The notes beneath the pieces are model-generated. The model was not told the DNA's origin and did not search any database. It saw only the letters and a list, made by a program, of their open reading frames with translations. From positions 55,986,001 through 56,050,000 of the forward strand of contig NC_082720.1 of assembly GCF_030144855.1 (NCBI RefSeq): a stretch of 64,000 nucleotides of DNA, in the 5' to 3' direction. Source of the DNA: Hypanus sabinus. Taxonomy: Eukaryota. The position numbers and the translations under genes were made by a program. How positions within the stretch are numbered: position 1 is the stretch's first letter; each line of letters begins with the position of its first letter. This document shows positions 23,975 to 34,729 of the stretch, piece by piece.

Positions 23975-25897
23975 GGCTTAATTAGGAAAGAGAAAAAAGA
24001 TTATGAGAGAAAGCTGGCAGGGAACATAAAAACTGACTGTAAAAGCTTTTATAGGTATGTGAAAAGAAATAGATTGGTCAAGATAAATGTAGGTCCTTTA
24101 CAGTCAGAAACTGGCGAATTGATCATAGGGAACAAAGACATTGCAGACCAATTGAATAACTACTTTGGTTCTGTCTTCACTAAGGAGGACATAAATAAAC
24201 TTCCAGAAAAAGTAAGGGACCGAAGGTCTAGTGAGATGGAGGAACTGAGGGAAATACATGTTAGTAGGGAAGTGGTGTTAGGTAAATTGAAGGGATTAAA
24301 GGCAGATAAATCCCCAGGGCCAGATGGTCTGCACCCCAGACTGCTTAAGGAAGTAGCCAAATAAATAGTGGATGCATTAATTATAATTTTTCAAAACTCC
24401 TTAGATTCTGGATTTGTTCCTGAGGGTTGGAGGCTGGCTAATGTAACCCCACCTTTTAAAAAAGGAGGGAGAGAGAAACCGGGGAATAATAGACTGGTTA
24501 GTCTGACATCGGTGGTGGGGAAAATGCTGGAGTCGGTTATCAAAGATGTGATAACAGCACATTTGGTAAGAGGTGAAATCATCGGACAAAGTCAGCATGG
24601 ATTTGTAAAAGGAAAATCATGTCTGACGAATCTTATAGAATTTTTTGTAGATGCAACTAGTAGAGTGGATAGGGGAGAGTCAGTGGATGTGGTATATTTA
24701 GATTTTCAAAAGGCTTTTGACAAGGTCCCACACAGGAGATTACTGTGCAAACGTAAAGCACACGGTATTGGGGGTATGGTATTGATTTGGATAGAGAATT
24801 GTTTGGCAGACAGGAAGCAAAGAATGGGAGTAAACGGGACCTTTTCACAATGGCATGCAGTGACTAGTGGGGTACCAATAGGCTCAGTGCTGGTACCCCA
24901 GTTGTTTACAATATATATTAATGATTTAGACGAGGGAATTAAATGCAGTATCTCCAAGTTTGCGGATGATACGAAGTTGGGCGGCGGCGTTAGCTATGAG
25001 GAGGATGCTAAGAGGATGCAGGGTGACTTGGATAGGTTAGGTGAGTGGACAAATTCATGGCAGATCCAAATTAATGTGGATAAATGTGAGGTTATCCACT
25101 TTGGTTGCAAGAACAGGAAAACAGATTATTATCTGTACGGTGGCCGAATAGGAAAAGAGGAGCTGCAACGAGACCTGGGTGTCAATGTACACTAGTCATT
25201 GAAGGTGGGCATGCAGGTACAGCAGGCGGTGAAAAAGGCAAATGGTATGTTGGCATTCAGAGCAAAAGAATTTGAGTACAGGCGCAGGGAGGTTCTACTG
25301 CAGTTGTTCAAGGCCTTGGTATATTGTGTGCACCTAGAATATTGTGTGCAGTTCTGTTCCACTAATCTGAGGAAAGACATTCTTGCCATAGAGGGAGTAG
25401 AGAGAAGGTTCACCAGATTGATTCCTGGGATGGCAGGACATTCATATGAAGAAAGACTGGATCAACTAGTCTTATACTCACTAGAATTTAGAAGATTGAG
25501 GGGGGATCTTATTGAAACGTATAAAATTCTAAAGGGATTGGACAGACTAGATGCAGGAAGATTGTTTCAGATGTTGGGGAAGTCCAGAATGAGGGGTCAC
25601 AGTTTAAGGATAAATCGGAAGCCTTTTAGGACCGAGATGAGGAAAAACGTCTTCACACAGAGAGTGGTGAATCTGTGGAATTCTCTGCCACAGGAAACAG
25701 TTGACGTCGGTTCATTGGCTATACTTAAGAGGAAGTTAGATGTGGCCCTTGTGGCTGAAGGGATCAGGGGTATGGAGAGAAAACAGGTATAGGGTTCTGA
25801 GTTGAATGATCAGCCATGATCATACCGAATGGCAGTGAAGGCTTGAAGGGCCGAATGACCTACTCCTGCACCTATTTTCTATGTTTTTATGTTTCTA
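23975..25897 (+). mobile_element. Relatively young 5'-truncated CR1 LINE
   Basis: Three consecutive ORF2 pieces (101, 275, 197 aa) with RT motifs QSQHGFVKGKSCLTNL, YLDFQKAFDKVPH, KFADDTK; tail CTATGTTTTTATGTTTCTA. Confidence 0.95.
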
Positions 25898-26426
25898 AGT
25901 AACATTCTTAAACGCTTTGCATTGCAGGATCTTGTGCCAAATCTGAAATTCTTTGACCTCTGTTATAGAGGATGTTGATATAATTGGATTGAGACGATAG
26001 AATTTGATGAGAATTTATATGAAAAGTCAAATGGTTAAGACGGATGAAAGTAATTGCTGAATTTCTTGAGTACAAAAGGATGTAATTTAGATTCATTGGT
26101 TGCCAAGAAATGCAAGAATTATATTTCCAAGTCATAGTGCGCTTAAACTGTGTCGAGGTCGAAATTCATAAAGTAACAACTATTGACATGCTAAGAATTC
26201 ACATTTATATGTCAAGATATCCAAAATATTTCTCGCAAATAGTTGTTGTACAGTTAATTTCTGCACCAAATGTGACAGCTGATCGATTCGAAACTCAATG
26301 ATTAATACCACAAAAAAAAGCACTAAAACACCCATTTTACCAGGTTTGCTACGAGGATAATGTAAATGCAGATAATCTGTCAATCTGTATTTTAATTGCA
26401 ACACACAAAATTCTCGTTGCAGTCTC

Positions 26427-26523
26427 GCTTTAAGAACTGTATTTAGCAGTTATTGACAAGGCTCATTGTGCTACCAGCAGCCAATAGGCATCCACTTTCT
26501 GTGGGAGATCCATTGCTCCTCCT
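26427..26523 (+). promoter_or_regulatory. Pcdh unit 3 promoter cassette
   Basis: GCTTTAAG 26427, ATTGAC 26452, CCAAT 26481, GAGATCCATTGC 26505; CCAAT is 181 nt upstream of the ATG. Confidence 0.8.
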
Positions 26524-26661
26524 CGATGGTGGCGGAAAGGATTTTCCGTTAATATTGCGGAATTAGAGCTTCGAGAAACATTATCACTGTGAGTTCCGCA
26601 AGTAGTACACCGTTCAAAGATTTTAACAGATACAAAAGGATAATAATCTGGCTCAGAGACA

Positions 26662-29052
26662 ATGGCGAATGCGCAGAACAACAACGCCTTGGTACTGTTG
26701 ATGCTGATTTTTATTCTCCTTTTCATACTGAGGCAGGGGATGGGTCTGATTCGCTATTCTATTCCAGAGGAATTGGAATATGGCTCTTCTGTCGGGAATA
26801 TTGCTGAAAATTTAGGACTAATCGCTCCAGAATTATCATTACGAAAATGTCGCCTAGTCTCCGGTGACGGAAGCCGGTATCTGGAGGTAAATTTAGAGAC
26901 TGGGTTCCTGTTTGTGAGCGGTCGGATAGACAGAGAGAAGCTCTGTGCACAGAGCCCTAATTGTAATATTGCCTTCCAGATAGTACTAGAAAACCCCCTC
27001 GAAATGTACCGAGGGGAAGTGGACATTCTCGATATAAATGATAATTCGCCCTCTTTCCAAAAAGACGCCATTGTCTTGCAAATGGCTGAATCTGTTGCAC
27101 CGGGTACCCGCTTCCCACTAGAGAGCGCACTTGATCCAGACGTGGGAACAAACACAGTTAAAACGTATACCATCAGTCGCAACGAGAACTTTGGTTTGAA
27201 AATGCACGTCAGAAAGAAAACTGTTACAAATGCAGAATTGGTGTTAGAGAAATCTTTGGACCGTGAGAAACAGGCATCTTTTGATCTTGTACTGACGGCC
27301 GTTGACGGTGGCAATCCTCCGAGATCCGGAACAACTCAGATCAAAATTAATTTGTTGGACATCAATGATAATGCACCTATGTTCGAGAATGATGTGTATA
27401 CGGCAAAACTGAATGAAAACGCACCAATAGGAACCTTAGTGATCAAAATCAAAGCTGTTGATCTGGACCAAGGTATTAATGCGGAGTTGAAATATTCTTT
27501 CTCTAATCTTATCCCAGACAGAATGCGTGAATTATTCAGTCTGAATGCTGAAACTGGAGCGATCAATGTTCGGAAACAGCTGGACTTTGAAAATGAACAA
27601 AGTTATGAACTTGATGTCCAGGCTGTGGATAATGGCTCACCGTCAATTACAGGGCATGCCAAAGTGTTGATCGATTTGATCGATGTAAATGATAATGCAC
27701 CGGAGATAAAGGTGACCTCCATATCTGGTAAAGTCCCCGAGGATGTTGCGCCTGGGACAGTTGTAGCTCTACTGGATGTTACAGATCACGATTCAGGAGA
27801 AAACGGACTAATTCGCTCTGAAATTCCTCTGGGCCTACCCTTTAAAATTGAGTCATCTCAGAATAGCCATTATAAAGTGACCACCACTCGTCCGTTGGAT
27901 CGGGAAACCACCGCAGTCTATAACATACCTGTCACAGCCTGGGACGCCGGGTCTCCTCCACTATCAACAATTAAAACTATCCAGATAACGGTGTCTGATG
28001 TAAATGACAACACACCACAGTTTTCCCAATCTTCCTACGCCGTCTATGTGATGGAGAACAACGCTCCGGGTGGGTCTATTTTCGCACTGACTGCGAGTGA
28101 TCCCGATCTGGACCAGAACTGTTATATTTCTTATTCCTTTTGGGGGAATTTGCAGGATTCGCTGGTGCCCACTTACTTCAGTATTAACTCGATGAACGGT
28201 ACCATTTACGCATTGCGCTCCTTTGATTATGAGAAGGTCAAAAGCTTCCAGTTCCACGTTCAAGCCCGTGACGCTGGAGTGCCTCCGCTGAGCAGCACCG
28301 CTGCAGTGAATGTAATTATTCTGGATCAAAATGACAACGCTCCGGTGATTGTTTCACCTTCAGCACAGAGTGGGACTGCGGCGGTGGTGATCCTGCCACA
28401 GTCAGCGGGTCAGGGATACTTGGTCACCAAAATAATAGCAACTGATGCAGATTCTGGTCAGAACGCTCGGCTCTCTTACCAGATAGTTCAAGCAACCGAT
28501 CTCACTCTCTTCAATGTGGGGCGTGCTTCAGGCGAAATCAAAACAACAAGAAGTATTTTAGACTTGAATAATACGTCGCAGAGTCTAGTTGTCTCAGTGA
28601 GGGATAATGGACAGCCGAGTCTGTCAGGGACAGCCACAATCTTTTTGTCAATTTTGGGCAATGTTACCGAGAAAATCCCTGAAACTAGAGATTTTCATAG
28701 TAATACTGTTCCTGTTTCGGACATAAATGTTTATTTACTTGTCACTTTCGGATCAACATCGGTTTCGTTCCTTCTGATTATCGTCTTCTTGGTGGTCCTA
28801 AAGTGTAAACAAGATGGTGGTATTGTTCAAGATGGCGGCTGCCCGATTTGTTGCTACTGGCCGAGGAACTCGAAGGAAGTATATATTCAGAGAGACGTGC
28901 CAAGGGATCCCTTAAATTGTACTGGAACTGGTCAGACTGCACCCTTCCCAGAGAGATATCATTACTCCGTATGCTTGTCACCGGAATCATCCAAGAGCGA
29001 ATTTCTTTTCCTGAAACCTTGCAATCCTTCCTTTTCTCAAGGTCAATGTTAA
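26662..29052 (+). CDS. Clustered protocadherin unit 3, 796 aa
   Basis: Uninterrupted ORF; signal peptide, 6 EC repeats, TM, tail ending SEFLFLKPCNPSFSQGQC*. Confidence 0.97.
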   Translation: MANAQNNNALVLLMLIFILLFILRQGMGLIRYSIPEELEYGSSVGNIAENLGLIAPELSLRKCRLVSGDGSRYLEVNLETGFLFVSGRIDREKLCAQSPNCNIAFQIVLENPLEMYRGEVDILDINDNSPSFQKDAIVLQMAESVAPGTRFPLESALDPDVGTNTVKTYTISRNENFGLKMHVRKKTVTNAELVLEKSLDREKQASFDLVLTAVDGGNPPRSGTTQIKINLLDINDNAPMFENDVYTAKLNENAPIGTLVIKIKAVDLDQGINAELKYSFSNLIPDRMRELFSLNAETGAINVRKQLDFENEQSYELDVQAVDNGSPSITGHAKVLIDLIDVNDNAPEIKVTSISGKVPEDVAPGTVVALLDVTDHDSGENGLIRSEIPLGLPFKIESSQNSHYKVTTTRPLDRETTAVYNIPVTAWDAGSPPLSTIKTIQITVSDVNDNTPQFSQSSYAVYVMENNAPGGSIFALTASDPDLDQNCYISYSFWGNLQDSLVPTYFSINSMNGTIYALRSFDYEKVKSFQFHVQARDAGVPPLSSTAAVNVIILDQNDNAPVIVSPSAQSGTAAVVILPQSAGQGYLVTKIIATDADSGQNARLSYQIVQATDLTLFNVGRASGEIKTTRSILDLNNTSQSLVVSVRDNGQPSLSGTATIFLSILGNVTEKIPETRDFHSNTVPVSDINVYLLVTFGSTSVSFLLIIVFLVVLKCKQDGGIVQDGGCPICCYWPRNSKEVYIQRDVPRDPLNCTGTGQTAPFPERYHYSVCLSPESSKSEFLFLKPCNPSFSQGQC

Positions 29053-29610
29053 ATTGTAAAGATGTGAACGCGAGGGTTTTAAAAAATCATAATATTTACT
29101 TCATTTTGCGGTAAAATGCCTTTGAAATATCAGTCATGATGCGGTTGTTCACTAAAGTATGCTGAAATAAATACGATAGTGCTATGCAGGGTAGAAGATA
29201 GTCATCAATAAAATCATCTGTTTACTAACCATAGTACCATAGATTACCTAGCCGGCTGATCCACGCTAACCGATTCCATAATTCAACCCTACCACCCAGT
29301 CCCCACCCACTTGAATAAGTCACTTGCTAAACAGGTCTCTAAAACATTCACGGAATAGATTATAATGACAATACCTGTACTCACTCCCCGAGCAATTAAG
29401 AGGTAATTTTAGAAAATAACAACCGCAATTTCCTATCTCTGCTGTTTGTTATTCATTGGATTGACTGGTAAGTTTGCAGAGACTCTTCTGAATTTTTTTT
29501 GTATCATTCGAGATTCCTCATGAAACCGCAGTATAAGAAATATTAAAGTTTAATTCTTGAACTGACCATTAACCGAAAACCTTACCCGAATGCAAAGGTA
29601 TATTGCAAGG

Positions 29611-29820
29611 TAAACACAAAGTACTCTGCAGATGCTGGGGTCAAATCAACACGTACAGAAGCTGGATGAACTCAGCAGGTTGGGCACAGTCCGTTGAAAT
29701 GAGCAGTCAACGTTTCGGGCCGAGACGAAGGGTCTTGACGAAGGGTCTCGGGCCGGAACGTTGACTGCTCATTTCAACGGATGCTGCCCGACCTGCTGAG
29801 TTCATCCAGCTTCTGTACGT
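29611..29820. mobile_element. Palindromic Penelope pseudo-LTR remnant (inverted arms 29651-29726 / 29745-29820)
   Basis: ACGTACAGAAGCTGGATGAACTCAGCAGG... is the reverse complement of ...CCTGCTGAGTTCATCCAGCTTCTGTACGT; degenerate hammerhead at the centre. Confidence 0.85.
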
Positions 29821-30264
29821 ATTTATAGTGCAGGTGCTTCCAGCTTTAATAGGAAACATTTAACTTTATGCTCAGTTTTATAGTTCCCCCCAAGGCTGTT
29901 TATTCTATTGCACCGTGTTTTTTTCTCCATAAAACCTTCCCACCTCCATATTCTTCATGAACCTCCATTTGCATTCGTACGTATTAAACAGTGCTTTATT
30001 AAGCTTTCGTTTAGACTTATCTATTATTTGACTAAATGCGGTGTCCTGTTCCTCAGACTTTAATTGAATTTATTTTCCTTTAATTACGTGTTAAACTATT
30101 ATTATCTGATGATGTTTAAGATCTCTGATCTTTGGGCAAGTTACTTCATCATACGGGTTGATAAAGAAAATATTTTTCTCTTGATCTAGACTGTTATATT
30201 ATCTTAGAAACTTTATCAAATCAGCTCACTGACTTCCCTATTCAGCAATGTTATCAACTTTTCC

Positions 30265-30795
30265 TGAGAGGTCTCCTCTCATCTTACTTCACTCCAAGGA
30301 AAAAAGGCCGAGTTCACTCAACCTATTCTCATAAGGCATGCTCCCCAATCCAGGCAACATCCTTTTACATCTTTTCTGCACCCTTTCTAAGGCTTCCACA
30401 TTCTTCCTGTAGTGAGGCGACCAGAACTGAGCACAGTACTCCAAGTCAAGTCAAGTCAAATCTCTTTTATTGTCATTTCGACCATAACTGCTGGTACAGT
30501 ACATAGTAAAAATGAGACAACGTTTTTTCAGGAACATGGTGTTACATGACACAGTACAAAAACTAGACTGAACTACGAAAAAAAAACAACGCGTTGAAAG
30601 CTACACTAGACTACAGACCTACCCAGGACTGCATAAAGTGCACAAAGAACAGTGCAGGCATTACAATAAATAATAAACAGGACAATAGAGCAAAGTGTCA
30701 GTCCAGGCTTTGGGTATTGAGGAGTCTGATAGCTTGGGGGAAGAAATTGTTACATAGTCTGGTGGGGTCTGACTAGGGTCCTATATAGCTGCATT
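30265..30795 (-). mobile_element. CR1 fragment interrupted by a Rex1/Babar-like 3' fragment with a (CAAGT)n tail (~30443-30761)
   Basis: CR1 ...GCACAGTACTCCAAGT breaks at ~30446 and resumes GTGGGGTCTGACTAGGGTCC at ~30762. Confidence 0.75.
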
Positions 30796-32082
30796 TTGTG
30801 CTATTTTCAATAATTTCACAACACTTGGTGAATGATTTTTTATACTTTGCTATGGTTTCGTTATACTTTAGATATTTTACAAATACAACTTTCTGGATAG
30901 ATTATCTTTCATGGCACTGACATTACGACATCTGATCTGTAATTCACCACTAAAATCAATGCCTGTTTAGGAAGAAAAGTTATAAATAGTTATCTGCTCC
31001 CACTGTGATAGGAAACACCTTTACAATAATCGCATCTAACCGTCGCATTTAGTAATATTTAACTGTTTTCAAACTTTGTGGATGCATTCCATTTGGATCA
31101 GAAATTTTAACCTCAATTTTCATTAAATCGTTGGCTTTAAATCTCCCAGAATGGTTTCATTTATTTGTCCCAGAAGCATATGGGACGTCGGTGTCGACAA
31201 AGACCGTATCAGGCTTTAGGTACAGAGGTCCGTTTAAATGCTAGCAGTGATAGATAGCGCGAAGAAGAAGGGAAGCCGTTTGGCACACTTGCCATCATTG
31301 GTCAGTGCACTGCGTACCACTGTTCGGACACTATGTTAAGTACCACTGTCTCTGGAATCACTGTACGACTATCTAGCTTGCATATAAAGCAAGATAATAC
31401 TGACTTAAAAAAAAACTTTTAATAGATTCTACAATTTTTGTCAAGCCAGGTGAGGTTACTCTGTACAACGGTTGAAGGCTGAATGTCATAAATAGAATAT
31501 TTTTGCTTTCGCGTTTAGCTTTTTTCTCCGCTTTATTTTCCTTTCCAGTTGTTTCTTAGTTTCCTTATATTTTATTCCCCCTTATTATCCTCTGCGGATT
31601 TAAATTAAAAACAGTAATGCTGAACAAAAATTCAACAGCCCAGGCTTCATTTGTGGAAAGAAAAACACAATGTTTCAGGTCCTGAGGCTGAAACTCTAAC
31701 TAGTCTTCTTTCCATATGTACTGCCTGACCTGCTGAGTTTTTGCAATATTTTGTTACCTCTTTCAGCAAACCGGCAGCGTGGATTTTTCTTCATGCCGCT
31801 AACGTTCTCGATTACGAGTTTAAATATTTACAGCAGCTTTATTCATGAGCCTACAGTTTACATTTTATGTCAAGGTATCCAAGGAATTAGTTGTTTTATG
31901 TTTAATTATGGGATCAACCGATCTCGAAGATAAGGGCAGTGACCGTTTTGAATATCAATTATTGATACTATCAAAACACTAAAGTATTAATTTAAAACAT
32001 TTACTACAAAGATAATGTTAATGCAAATGACTCTGTCAATCTGTATTTTAATTGCAGCACACTAAATTCCCAATGTAGACCA

Positions 32083-32178
32083 GCTTTAAGAACTGCATTC
32101 CGCAGTTATTGACAGGGCTCTTATGCCGCCACCAGCCAATAGTATTCCACTTTCAGCAGGAGATCCATTGCCCCTCCT
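32083..32178 (+). promoter_or_regulatory. Pcdh unit 4 promoter cassette
   Basis: GCTTTAAG 32083, ATTGAC 32108, CCAAT 32136, GAGATCCATTGC 32160; CCAAT is 203 nt upstream of the ATG. Confidence 0.8.
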
Positions 32179-32338
32179 CGTTGCTGTCGGAAAGGATTTT
32201 CCATTGACATTGTGGAACTCCAGCTCAAAGGAACATTATCTGTATGTAAATACATCGGTTAAAGGATTTCTTACCGATAGAACTGCCGAAACGATTGCAG
32301 AGATATAATAAGGATAACAGACTTTCATTGCAGAGACA

Positions 32339-34729
32339 ATGGCGAATTCGCAGAACAACAACGCCTTGATACTGTTGATGCTGATTTTTATTCTCCTTGT
32401 TGTCGCACTGAGACAAGGTATGGGTCTGATTCGCTATTCTATTCCGGAGGAAATGGAATATGGCTCTTCTGTTGGGAATATTGCTGAAAATTTAGGTCTA
32501 AGCATACGAGAGTTATCAGCACGAAAATGTCGTTTCGTCTCAGCTGACGGAAGCCGGCATTTAGAGGTAAATTTAGAGACCGGTCTCCTGTTTGTTAGCG
32601 GTCGGATAGACAGAGAACAGCTTTGTGCACAGAGCCCTACTTGCAATATTGCCTTTCAGATAATTCTAGAAAACCCTCTCGAAATGTACCGCGGGGAAGT
32701 GGACATTCTCGATATAAATGATAATTCGCCCTCTTTCCTAGAAAACGGCATTGTCTTGCAAATGGCTGAATCTGTTGCACCGGGTACCCGCTTCCCACTA
32801 GAGAGCGCACTTGATCCAGATGTGGGATCAAACACCGTCAATACTTATATACTGAGTCCGAACGAGAACTTTGGTTTGAAGATGCACGTCAGGAAGAATA
32901 TTGTTACAAACGCAGAGTTGCTGTTGCAGAAATCATTGGACCGTGAAAAAGAAGCAGCTATCCAACTTGTATTGACGGCCATTGACGGCGGCAAGCCCCC
33001 GAGGTCAGGGACAACTCAAATCACCATCCGCGTACTAGACAACAACGATAATGCACCTGTGTTCGATAATGATGTATATACGGCGAAACTGGAAGAAAAC
33101 GCACCTTTGGGAACATTGGTGACGAAAATCAGTGCTGTTGATCTGGATCAAGGTACTAATGGTGAGCTGAAATACTCTTTCGTTAATCTCCCAGGGAGAG
33201 TGCGTGAATTATTCAGTTTGAATCCTGAAACTGGTGAGTTGAAAGTTCAGGAACGGCTGGACTTTGAGGATAAGAAATGCTACGAACTCGATGTGCAAGC
33301 CTTAGATAATGGTTCACCAGCACTTATAGGACGTTCCAAAGTGCTGATCGATTTGATTGATATGAATGATAATGCTCCGGAGATAACAGTGATATCCCTG
33401 TCTGGCAAAGTCCACGAAGATGCCCTGCCCGGGACAGTGGTTGCACTGTTGGACGTAACGGATCGTGATTCAGGAGTAAACGGACAAGTTCACTGTGAGA
33501 TTCCACTGGGACTTCCGTTTAAAATTGAGTCCTCCCAGAAAGACCATTTCAAGGTGGTCACCACTCGCCTACTGGATCGGGAAACCACCCCAATGTATAA
33601 GATATCTGTCACAGCCTGGGACTCCGGGCTTCCTCCGCTATCAAGAAATCAAACAATCCAGTTATCTGTCTCTGATGTAAATGACAACACACCACGATTT
33701 TCCCAATCATCCTACGCTGTCTATGTGATGGAAAATAATGCTCCGGGTATTTCCATTTTCACAGTTACTGCGTTCGATCCGGATCTGGACCAGAACTCCT
33801 ATATTTCTTATTCCTTAAAGGAAATTTCGCAGGATTCACTGATGCCCACATACTTCAGCATTTCCCCGATGAACGGCACAATTTACGCATTGCGCTCCTT
33901 TGACTACGAGATGGTCAAAAGCATTCAGATCCATGTTCAAGCCCGTGACGCTGGAGTGCCTCCACTGAGCAGCAGCGCTACGGTGAGTGTGATCATCCTG
34001 GATCAAAATGACAACGCTCCTGTAATTGTTTCACCTTCAGTAGAGAGTGGATCGGGAAGCGTGGAGATCCTGCCCCAGATAGCGGGTCAGGGCTACTTGG
34101 TCACCAAAATCATAGCAATTGATGCAGATTCTGGTCAGAATGCTCGGCTGTCTTACCAGATAGTTCAGGCAACCGATCTCACTCTCTTCAGCGTGGGGCG
34201 GAACTCCGGGGAAATCAGAACAACGAGAAGTATTTTAGAGCTGGACGATGCATCGCAGAGTATTGTCATCTTAGTGAGGGATAATGGACAGCCGAGCATG
34301 TCCACTACAACCACAATCTCCTTGTCGATTTTGGGCAATGTTACTGAGAATTTGTCTGAAAGGAGGGATTTTCATAGTAATCCTGGTTATGTTTCGGATG
34401 TGAATCTTTATTTACTTGTAACCTTCGGATCAACATCGGTTTTGTTTCTTCTGATAATCGTTTTCTTGGTTTTATTAAAGTGTAAGCAAGATAGTGGCAT
34501 TGTCCGAGGTTTCGGTTGCCCAATATGTTGTTCCAGGCCGAGAAATTCGAAGGAAGCTTTTACTCGGGGCGATGCACCAAGAGATTCGTCAAATGGTACT
34601 AGAACTGGTCAGATGGCATCCTTCCCTGAGAATTATCATTACTCGGTGTGTTTGACACCGGAATCATCCAAGAGTGAATTTCTTTTCCTGAAACCCTACA
34701 ATCTAAACTTTACTCAAGGTCAGCGCTGA
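32339..34729 (+). CDS. Clustered protocadherin unit 4, 796 aa
   Basis: Uninterrupted ORF; same architecture; tail ending SEFLFLKPYNLNFTQGQR*. Confidence 0.97.
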   Translation: MANSQNNNALILLMLIFILLVVALRQGMGLIRYSIPEEMEYGSSVGNIAENLGLSIRELSARKCRFVSADGSRHLEVNLETGLLFVSGRIDREQLCAQSPTCNIAFQIILENPLEMYRGEVDILDINDNSPSFLENGIVLQMAESVAPGTRFPLESALDPDVGSNTVNTYILSPNENFGLKMHVRKNIVTNAELLLQKSLDREKEAAIQLVLTAIDGGKPPRSGTTQITIRVLDNNDNAPVFDNDVYTAKLEENAPLGTLVTKISAVDLDQGTNGELKYSFVNLPGRVRELFSLNPETGELKVQERLDFEDKKCYELDVQALDNGSPALIGRSKVLIDLIDMNDNAPEITVISLSGKVHEDALPGTVVALLDVTDRDSGVNGQVHCEIPLGLPFKIESSQKDHFKVVTTRLLDRETTPMYKISVTAWDSGLPPLSRNQTIQLSVSDVNDNTPRFSQSSYAVYVMENNAPGISIFTVTAFDPDLDQNSYISYSLKEISQDSLMPTYFSISPMNGTIYALRSFDYEMVKSIQIHVQARDAGVPPLSSSATVSVIILDQNDNAPVIVSPSVESGSGSVEILPQIAGQGYLVTKIIAIDADSGQNARLSYQIVQATDLTLFSVGRNSGEIRTTRSILELDDASQSIVILVRDNGQPSMSTTTTISLSILGNVTENLSERRDFHSNPGYVSDVNLYLLVTFGSTSVLFLLIIVFLVLLKCKQDSGIVRGFGCPICCSRPRNSKEAFTRGDAPRDSSNGTRTGQMASFPENYHYSVCLTPESSKSEFLFLKPYNLNFTQGQR

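Noticed and set aside
24368-25195. RT ORFs near variable genes as a diversity-generating retroelement-like system
   Set aside because: They are ordinary fragmented CR1, Rex1 or Penelope RTs; there is no template/variable repeat pair with adenine-specific differences.
16179-27314. Similar 186-aa antisense ORFs over EC1-EC2 of units 2 and 3
   Set aside because: Non-ATG starts, broken in units 1 and 4; explained by sense-strand codon usage and paralogy.
6779-34729. Assigning symbols such as PCDH10, PCDHGC5 or PCDHB
   Set aside because: Orthology cannot be established without a phylogeny; chondrichthyan subclusters are not one-to-one with mammalian ones.
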